Source of the DNA: a virus
Virus record (IMG/VR): IMGVR_UViG_3300010970_000136
Location: 5,836 to 69,835 of that record
Reading direction: 5' to 3' (one strand)
DNA length: 64,000 bases
Position numbers and translations under genes: made by a program. Shown here piece by piece: positions 57,354 through 64,000 of this stretch. The notes below the pieces were generated by a model. That model saw only the letters and a program-made list of their open reading frames with translations, did not search any database and was not told the DNA's origin. Each line of letters begins with the position of its first letter. The stretch's first letter is position 1.

Positions 57354-57635
57354 ATGCCAAGACTATTGGGAAATCGTATCTACTTAGAGATACCAAAGAA
57401 AGAAGAAAGTAAGCTTATTGTAGATGAAAATACAAAAGAAGCTTTAGAAAAAGAAATGATTAAGAAAATGTCAAGATTGACTGTACATAGTATAGGAGAA
57501 CTTGTAACAAACGTTAAAGTTGGAGAAGAGGTGCTAGTTGATCCAGAAGCTTTGTCAAGAGCTAAAGTGATTCCTTTTTCAGAAGAAGAAGATGTGCTTC
57601 TAATATCACCATTTGATGTAATTCATGTGTGGTAA
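57354..57635 (+). CDS. GroES-like co-chaperonin
   Basis: LLGNRIYL, SKLIV mobile loop, VHSIG...VKVGEEVLV. Confidence 0.65.
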   Translation: MPRLLGNRIYLEIPKKEESKLIVDENTKEALEKEMIKKMSRLTVHSIGELVTNVKVGEEVLVDPEALSRAKVIPFSEEEDVLLISPFDVIHVW

Positions 57636-58291
57636 TGAAAGCACTTATATTTACATGTTCGTATAATAGACCTTATATGTTGAGACAATGCATGTTGAAT
57701 GCAAAGAATCAATCATATCAGAACATTATACATGCAGTGAATATTGTATCAGATGGAGGGAAGGATCAAAACTTCCTTCCTCTATACAATGATCTTTTAG
57801 ATGATAAGCTTATTGTAAACAAAGGGAATAACAACTTTATACATTTCAATAATATGATTGCTATAAAGAGTGTTCCTGATTACGAACAGTATGATGTGTT
57901 CATCAAAATGGATGATGATGACATATACAAAAAAGACTATGTTAAGAACATCATAGACGTGTTCAAATCTAATCCAGATGTAGATATTGTATCTACAAGA
58001 ATTAATCATCAATTGAATGGGATACAAATGGTATCAGGTAACTATGATAACTTAGGAGGTAATCCAAACAATAGCACATATCATATGCCTATGACATTTG
58101 CATTTAATAAGAAAGCATTTGATTGCATAGCCAACACTCCTCCTAATGAGGTTAATTGGAATGATGATCTTATGTGGAGATACAAATGGGAAGATGCTGG
58201 TTTAAAACACATGTCTGTAGATAACCGAGAAGAGGTTATATGGCATATACATGGTAAGAACATTTCTACTGGTAGTTTCTTAAGACAATAA
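57629..58291 (+). CDS. GT2-family glycosyltransferase
   Basis: SYNRP, NQSY, KMDDDDIY, DDL. Confidence 0.8.
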   Translation: MVMKALIFTCSYNRPYMLRQCMLNAKNQSYQNIIHAVNIVSDGGKDQNFLPLYNDLLDDKLIVNKGNNNFIHFNNMIAIKSVPDYEQYDVFIKMDDDDIYKKDYVKNIIDVFKSNPDVDIVSTRINHQLNGIQMVSGNYDNLGGNPNNSTYHMPMTFAFNKKAFDCIANTPPNEVNWNDDLMWRYKWEDAGLKHMSVDNREEVIWHIHGKNISTGSFLRQ

Positions 58292-58320
58292 AAAAAGCCT
58301 CTTTAATTAGAGGCTTTATT
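58290..58320. terminator. Terminator at the convergence of the two gene arms
   Basis: A7-GCCTCT-TTAATT-AGAGGC-TTTATT. Confidence 0.7.
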
Positions 58321-58926
58321 ATTTATAAAAAGACAGTCATATTGACTTGTCCATGCATCATACTTACTTAATAGTGTAAATCCTTTAGATTCCATAAACT
58401 GTACAATCTCATCATGTACCTTTTGACCTTCCCATGATGCCCATTGCTCAGTTTCTATCTGTAGAGCTTTAATGTTCTGAAGCTTGTCTCCAAATCCATC
58501 TAATACTTCTTGTGTAAATCCTTCTACATCTATCTTAATAAGATCTACTCCTAACAAACCTATTTCACCTAAGAAGTTTGATATAGTGTTTGTTGGTACA
58601 GTTATTTTTTCATAAGGTAGGTCACCTCTGTTCAATACAGATGATGTACCAATTGTATTTTGATTATGGTATAATGGTACAGCGTTAAACTGTATTGTCC
58701 CCACCTCATTAGAAGCAGCAAATCCAAATGTTTTAAACTGTGGATATTGTGCTTTGATTCTATCACATAGAGCTGGATAAGCTTCTATTATATAACAATT
58801 ACTAGGAACCAGCTTCCAATAATCAGCCACTGCTTTAGTATCATGTCCATCTCTACTACCTATTTCCATAAAGGTGACAGGAGTAAAAGGAAGTTCTGTA
58901 GTTAGTTGGTTTATTTCATTTCTCAT
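58303..58926 (-). CDS. FkbM-family methyltransferase
   Basis: EIGSRDG, IEA, IKIDVEG. Confidence 0.85.
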   Translation of the reverse strand: MRNEINQLTTELPFTPVTFMEIGSRDGHDTKAVADYWKLVPSNCYIIEAYPALCDRIKAQYPQFKTFGFAASNEVGTIQFNAVPLYHNQNTIGTSSVLNRGDLPYEKITVPTNTISNFLGEIGLLGVDLIKIDVEGFTQEVLDGFGDKLQNIKALQIETEQWASWEGQKVHDEIVQFMESKGFTLLSKYDAWTSQYDCLFINNKASN

Positions 58927-59699
58927 TTTAAATCGAGTTTTGCAAATCCTCTATGAATTACATGTATTGGGTTATTAGTTTCGTTGGTATTTATTGCTTT
59001 ATATCGTTTATCTAATTCAATAAACTTATTGTATTCTGTAAAATCAGGAACAATGTTGAATACACCATTCACAACACGTAAAGATTCACGTTGCATCTTA
59101 GCAATGTATTGAAGTTCTTCTTCACTAGTACCTATACTTAAATGGTAATTTATATTTCCAAAATTGTACACACAATCTAATTGGTCAAAGTTTTCAAACT
59201 GAAGAACATTAGGCATCTTTTCTAAAAACTCTCTATCTTCTCCAAGATTACCATCTTTAAAACATCCTCCAACATCAAACCATGCTTGTCTTTTATAAGA
59301 AATGAAGTTCATTCCAGAATCAACACCAGCTCTTTCAAATACATTCCCATACACTCTATAACTAGCAGTGTTTCTGTAAAGGTTTATTTCAGGACGATCT
59401 TGATGCATTTTAACATGATTAGATATTCTCTCTGGTAGAAAGACATCATCATCATCTATGTGCATGTATAGATCGTAATACCCTAACTGTGTAGCAAGAT
59501 TTCTCTTTTGTCCTACCAGTATTTTCTTATCAATGTTAATACATGTTACATTATCTATGTCACATGCTATTTTAACATTCTTGTCATCATTGATAATAAC
59601 TAATTCTTTATCATCATATGTCTGACTTAAAAAGCTTGCTACCAATCTCCCTAAAAACGGTAGCCTCCCAAATGTAGGAGTTATTACTAACACCTTCAT
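58923..59699 (-). CDS. GT2-family glycosyltransferase
   Basis: TPTFGR, SQTY, IINDD, KRN, IDDDD, GED. Confidence 0.85.
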   Translation of the reverse strand: MKVLVITPTFGRLPFLGRLVASFLSQTYDDKELVIINDDKNVKIACDIDNVTCINIDKKILVGQKRNLATQLGYYDLYMHIDDDDVFLPERISNHVKMHQDRPEINLYRNTASYRVYGNVFERAGVDSGMNFISYKRQAWFDVGGCFKDGNLGEDREFLEKMPNVLQFENFDQLDCVYNFGNINYHLSIGTSEEELQYIAKMQRESLRVVNGVFNIVPDFTEYNKFIELDKRYKAINTNETNNPIHVIHRGFAKLDLK

Positions 59700-59839
59700 T
59701 ATTTAGATAGCCTCTTCTGTTTCATTGGAGCCATAGGACTCTTTAATCTACTAGGTGTATCAGCCTCTTTCATGAAGTTTGGCTTCTTAGGATTAGGTGC
59801 TTTCACCTTTGGTGCTTTTCTAGGCTTTCCTGATTTCAT
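59699..59839 (-). CDS. 46-aa Lys/Pro-rich protein (not in ORF track)
   Basis: MKSGKPRKAPKVKAPNPKKPNFMKEADTPSRLKSPMAPMKQKRLSK*; TAATG coupling to the next gene. Confidence 0.65.
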   Translation of the reverse strand: MKSGKPRKAPKVKAPNPKKPNFMKEADTPSRLKSPMAPMKQKRLSK

Positions 59840-60470
59840 CTATTAATTTTTTAATTATTTCATCTAGATACACATTATGTGAATCTTCTATAAATTCCAA
59901 ACCATTACTATAGGATGCACGCAAAGCTACGAATTTTAAATTATCAAATTCTGCAATACCATGATTTAATTCACCTACTGAATGATGTACAAATATAAGA
60001 TTAAAATTAGTAACATGTTTGTTTAAGAACTTAACAAACTCCAATCCCTCTGATAAACCATTTTGAACATTATCCTTTGGATAATTTCTACAAAAATATA
60101 TAAATATCTTCTGTTCATCAGAAGCTATTAACTTTCTAAATCTATCAACACATCTTGCAAAATATGCATAATCGTTTTCATCTTGAGCAAGATCATGATG
60201 CATAAATACACCTCCAGGGACATTCTCATTTGTAAAATCTACTACCTCTGAATAATAACTGTGCCCACACACTTTATGTGTATAGGCACTAGTTGGAATA
60301 AATGTGTATTGTGATTTATCTAAGAAACATTTGAAGTCATCTTCTATACAATGCTTTACCATTTCAGAATTAGATAGTATCCAATCAAATGGATAAGACT
60401 CTTCTTTTAATCCTAGTCGTTGTAACAACTTAGAACTCTGACAAAAAGATCCTATAGAACAAATCTTCAT
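59820..60470 (-). CDS. DUF1796-like (putative papain-like) protein
   Basis: SIGSFC...ESYPFDW...HH...RCVDRF. Confidence 0.75.
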   Translation of the reverse strand: MKICSIGSFCQSSKLLQRLGLKEESYPFDWILSNSEMVKHCIEDDFKCFLDKSQYTFIPTSAYTHKVCGHSYYSEVVDFTNENVPGGVFMHHDLAQDENDYAYFARCVDRFRKLIASDEQKIFIYFCRNYPKDNVQNGLSEGLEFVKFLNKHVTNFNLIFVHHSVGELNHGIAEFDNLKFVALRASYSNGLEFIEDSHNVYLDEIIKKLIDEIRKA

Positions 60471-60748
60471 TATTCTTTATTAATGAACTGTACGTGGATA
60501 CTATCATTGATCTTTGTGATCACCATAGTATCACCTACTTTGCGCCATTGAATCTCATCAGGTAACTTTACATTTGAATGATTGTTAAGATCAGGTCTAA
60601 ACACTACATAAATAGTTGTTATGAACCCTATCATTATACCAAACTTTAAAATAATAGTGATTGAATCATTATATCTTGTATGGAAATCTTTTAATGCTTG
60701 TATGATGTTTTTCATATGTTTATTTTTTCTTAGACATTTTAGTACCAC
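60470..60748 (-). CDS. Membrane protein, paralog of 17156-17377
   Basis: LPDEI...GDTMVITKINDSIHVQF. Confidence 0.6.
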   Translation of the reverse strand: MVLKCLRKNKHMKNIIQALKDFHTRYNDSITIILKFGIMIGFITTIYVVFRPDLNNHSNVKLPDEIQWRKVGDTMVITKINDSIHVQFINKE

Positions 60749-61115
60749 ATTTAGCTTTCTTTACAGAACCACCTTTTTTCATAGTACCAATAGATTTACT
60801 AGCAGCATTTTCAGAAGCTTTTCTGCTCTCTAAGAAATCTTTATTAGTTTTTCTACGAGCTTCAGTGTCAGCTTTCTCTTTTTTATATTTCTGAGCAAGC
60901 TTTTCAGCACCAGAAGTACCAAGTCTTTCTTGACCTAACACTTTACCTTTACCATCAATCATTCTTACAGATTTAGCTACACCACCAACAGTGTCTAATT
61001 TCTTTTCATAAGCTCCAGTTTTCATTGGAGAAGTTGATACATTGTATCCTTTAGGATTACCTTTTACAGATTTACCATCTTGCGCTTTCTTAGCGATTTT
61101 TTTAACGATTGCCAT
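60720..61115 (-). CDS. Lys-rich small protein
   Basis: MAIVKK...KAQDG...MKKGG...KAKCG. Confidence 0.7.
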   Translation of the reverse strand: MAIVKKIAKKAQDGKSVKGNPKGYNVSTSPMKTGAYEKKLDTVGGVAKSVRMIDGKGKVLGQERLGTSGAEKLAQKYKKEKADTEARRKTNKDFLESRKASENAASKSIGTMKKGGSVKKAKCGTKMSKKK

Positions 61116-61215
61116 TTTATTTATTGTTTTCAATTAAACATTTAGGACACATGTTCTCATCATTCTTTTCTACAAGATGTATTGGGCACGTGTTATACAT
61201 TATTTCTTATTCTTT

Positions 61216-61746
61216 TTAGCTATAGCTTTGAATGTTTTTATATTTATTAAGATATTCTAGTAGTCTTTCTGCTGTATTTACATCATCGTCAATTTGTCCA
61301 AGAAATCTATTACAGTTTCCACATAATAGTCCTCTTACTTTTCCAGTTGTATGACAATGATCAACAGCTAATGATCTATCTAGTTTATCTTCATGTGTAT
61401 GACAAATGTAACATTTGTGATTTTGCTCAGATAACATTTGATTGTATTCATCAGAAGTAATTCCATACTTCTTATTAAGAAGATATTCTCTTTGTTTAAA
61501 TAAATCATATCTACTTCTAGTTCTTAGAGCATAGCAACTTTTACAATACCAACCATTCTTAGGTCTTTCTGAAATATTTTTCCAAGTATCGCAGCTTGTA
61601 CATAAGAAATTATTATCTTTAATTAAATTATAAGTATCTGCTTCAATTTGAAGTAACTCTTCAACAGATACACCTTTTCTTTTAGCTCTTCTAGCTATTT
61701 CATAAGGATGTTGACTTCTTATAGAGCCTTTTTTAATCATGCTCAT
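61216..61746 (-). mobile_element. Endonuclease VII-family homing endonuclease
   Basis: KYGIT..QNHKCYIC...AVDHCHTTGKVRGLLCGNCN. Confidence 0.85.
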
Positions 61747-61958
61747 TTTTTCTTACTTATCTTACGAAAAGTTTTAGCAAGAGCTTTTGCTTTACCTGTA
61801 CATCCTGGTTTAGTAATAGGAGTACATTTACCTGCAGTACCACGTTTCTTAATAGAAGCAGCAGCTTTCTGCATCCACTTACCATCTTTAGCTTTAACAG
61901 GAAGAGAACCTCTCATTCTTGGAGCATCTTGAATAAGTTTCTTAAGAGTAGTAGCCAT
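61743..61958 (-). CDS. Lys-rich small protein
   Basis: KAKDGKWMQKA...KALAKTFRKI. Confidence 0.7.
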   Translation of the reverse strand: MATTLKKLIQDAPRMRGSLPVKAKDGKWMQKAAASIKKRGTAGKCTPITKPGCTGKAKALAKTFRKISKKK

Positions 61959-62101
61959 TATTTTTTAGATTTAATTTTCTTTTCTTGTTTTAACATAGCA
62001 GCTGTAGGTTTCTTTCCAGATCCTTTATTAGCTCTAATGTTATCCCATAAACCACGTTGTGATGTAGAACCATCTTTACGTTTAATCATTTGCTTTGCCA
62101 T
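61958..62101 (-). CDS. Lys-rich small protein
   Basis: MAKQMIKR...GLWDNIRANKGSGKKPT. Confidence 0.65.
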   Translation of the reverse strand: MAKQMIKRKDGSTSQRGLWDNIRANKGSGKKPTAAMLKQEKKIKSKK

Positions 62102-62102
62102 A

Positions 62103-62369
62103 TTAACAATTCCATTTACGAAGAGCAAGAGCTTTTCTTGTAGGTTTACCATCTTTTTTCATTGGACCTTTTACACCAGACATTCTAGCACAAAAAGATT
62201 TACGTCTATTAGCTGGTTTACTTCCAGGTTTCAATTTAGAAGGTTTAGTTGTAACAGCCATTTTAAGTTTACTTCCAGGGTTTTCTTTTCTATAAGATGC
62301 TACCCCTTTGCGGTTAAGACCCCCTTTAGGATCTTTACCTTCTTTGCGTGTCCATGCTGCAGTAGCCAT
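62103..62369 (-). CDS. DUF6321-like basic protein
   Basis: AWTRKEGKDPKGGLNRKG...RRKSFCARM...ALRKWNC. Confidence 0.7.
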   Translation of the reverse strand: MATAAWTRKEGKDPKGGLNRKGVASYRKENPGSKLKMAVTTKPSKLKPGSKPANRRKSFCARMSGVKGPMKKDGKPTRKALALRKWNC

Positions 62370-62755
62370 TACTTTTTCTTTTTAGGCATACAAGTTCCAC
62401 ATTTAGCCATCTTTGTAGCACCAAGTTGTTTATCTTTAGTAAGAGAAGCTTTTCCTTTAGCACCAGCTAATGCTTTCTTTTGAACTTTAGTGTATGCTCC
62501 TTTAGGATCTACAGAACCAGCTCTTTTCTTAGAAGCTTTAAGACCAGATAAAGAACCACCGTTCTTCAATTTCTTTTTAGGATAGTATTTGTTAGTCTTG
62601 GGATCTAGCATTTTTTTGTATCTAGGAATACTTTTTAAATGCTGAAAATCTTGAGGATGTGTCATTACATCTTTATCAGAAATTTTTACACCACTCATTT
62701 CTCCAGGTTTTGAACCTTTAGCTAGTCCGTTTTGAGCTTTTTTAATTGTTGCCAT
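62369..62755 (-). CDS. Lys-rich small protein
   Basis: KAQNG, KLKNGG, KMAKCG. Confidence 0.7.
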   Translation of the reverse strand: MATIKKAQNGLAKGSKPGEMSGVKISDKDVMTHPQDFQHLKSIPRYKKMLDPKTNKYYPKKKLKNGGSLSGLKASKKRAGSVDPKGAYTKVQKKALAGAKGKASLTKDKQLGATKMAKCGTCMPKKKK

Positions 62756-63576
62756 TGCGTTTAAATGTTATATTAGGTTTGACAATAATGTCTTTGTGAG
62801 TGTATTGCCACATCTCACCAGATGAATTAATAATAATTGTATAGATAGTGTCTGTTTCATGACCATAATCAGTCACTAACCATATCACTCCATCCCCCCT
62901 TGGTGTTGTAACATCTATCCGATTCTTTGGTTCAAATATTCTCATAGAGAAGAGCTTTTGTTTGGGTGTTATTCGTCTCCCAACACCATGTTAATTATTC
63001 TACAACTTGCATTGTAGGTTGTGGTTCTTCAACCTCTTTAACAATGTCAGCTTCTACAGCTCTAGCCATCACTTTTTCAATTGCATCATTTGATTGAACC
63101 ATCAATTGAAATCTTGCAGCTTCTTCTGAAGCTAAATAAGCTCTAACAGTGTTAAGAATTAAGCCAAACTCAGCTCCAGACAATGTAAATGTGTCTTCAG
63201 GAGTCCAAGTGTAACGTTTGTTTGCATCATACTGTGCCATAATGTAATGTTTTTAATTGGTTTGAGTGACAAATATATGTTATAATTGTCACACTTACAA
63301 ATCTATTTCAAATGTTATTACACTAGTAGTTTTGATTGACTTACTTATATCTAGCTTGATCTTGAATAAGTTACAAAACTTCAGTATTTCTTCCAGTAGC
63401 ATTTCATTATACTTAGGTAAGCTAGCTGCTATTCTAAATCTATAACTATGTGCGTTCTTTGTTATTTCAAGACTACACAATTCATCTACTGATGATATCA
63501 CCCCTTCTAAATGCGCAAGGAACACTTCATCATTGTCTTGCATAACTTTGGGAAAATGTTTCTTGCTTATCTCCAT
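62742..63576 (-). other. Three hypothetical genes (62742, 62995, 63295)
   Basis: ORF track. Confidence 0.6.
63266..63292 (-). promoter_or_regulatory. -7 promoter element embedded in an inverted repeat
   Basis: GTGACAA...TTGTCAC; TATATTTG on minus strand at 63270-63277. Confidence 0.5.
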
Positions 63577-63992
63577 TATGACAATGTTAATAAATATTTA
63601 GTTTTAGCTGCCTCTCCTGATAATGAATCTGCTAAGTTACAAACATCGTGGTAAGAGTTTTTCTCACCATATGCTTTTAACTCTGAAGCAAAACTCATAA
63701 GATTATCTACAACAGTTGTTGCAGGTGATCCTCCAAGAGCTTCAATCTTATAAGCTCCAGGCCTTTTACCTGTGTAACCCATAAGCTTTTCAATTACACC
63801 ATCTTTAAAATCATGTACATAATCGTACAATCCTCCTAGAGCTTGATGTTCTGCATAACTTGTAGTCTGCCAGTGCAACAAATGTAGTTGCTCATGAAAG
63901 TAAGTAAGCTTAGCAGCGATACTCTCCAAAGAAAGTTCGCTACTAGCTCCTTTACTAATCATATCCTCTGGGAATAATGATTTTAATGCCAT
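63576..63992 (-). CDS. Ferritin/Dps-like four-helix protein (DUF5856-like)
   Basis: HLLHWQTTSYAEHQALG..Y....D..IE...G...KTKYLLTL. Confidence 0.75.
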   Translation of the reverse strand: MALKSLFPEDMISKGASSELSLESIAAKLTYFHEQLHLLHWQTTSYAEHQALGGLYDYVHDFKDGVIEKLMGYTGKRPGAYKIEALGGSPATTVVDNLMSFASELKAYGEKNSYHDVCNLADSLSGEAAKTKYLLTLS

Positions 63993-64000
63993 TATATTGT

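Noticed and set aside
1-64000. Stop-codon reassignment as in some crAss-like phages
   Set aside because: Long genes are intact in code 11, TAG and TGA end genes at tight junctions, and no suppressor tRNA is seen

Overview
AT-rich 64-kb segment of a tailed dsDNA phage with crAss-like (Crassvirales-type) gene content and order, read in the standard code 11. Bacteroidota-type TAnnTTTG promoters, A-rich starts without SD sequences and a tmRNA resume context like that of Bacteroidota point to a Bacteroidota host. Layout: (1) 1-14544, minus strand, virion module (IHF-like, terminase, portal, scaffold, major capsid, tRNA-Met, conserved structural genes); (2) ~14550-15770, divergent non-coding control region with promoters, G/C tracts and (TA)n repeats; (3) 15774-33572, plus strand, many small early/accessory genes, a MoxR AAA + vWA pair, a 1.3-kb ORF-free RNA cluster and a tandem family of SH3-like proteins sharing a C-terminal IDLxxLFNxI tag; (4) 33638-58291, replication, recombination and nucleotide genes (PolB, DnaB, SF2 helicase, primase, UDG-like, rIIA/rIIB, RecA, dNMP kinase, MazG, thioredoxin, Acb2/Tad1-like, GroES-like); (5) 58303-64000, minus strand, glycosyl/methyltransferases, small Lys-rich proteins, an EndoVII homing endonuclease and a ferritin-like gene. 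The best novelty candidates are the RNA cluster at 24250-25580 (tmRNA with a 35-aa tag, a tRNA-like RNA with no anticodon loop, four unassigned structured RNAs), the tagged SH3-like family possibly linked to MoxR/vWA, and several recurring regulatory motifs. All calls come from reading the sequence by eye; no searches or folding programs were run.
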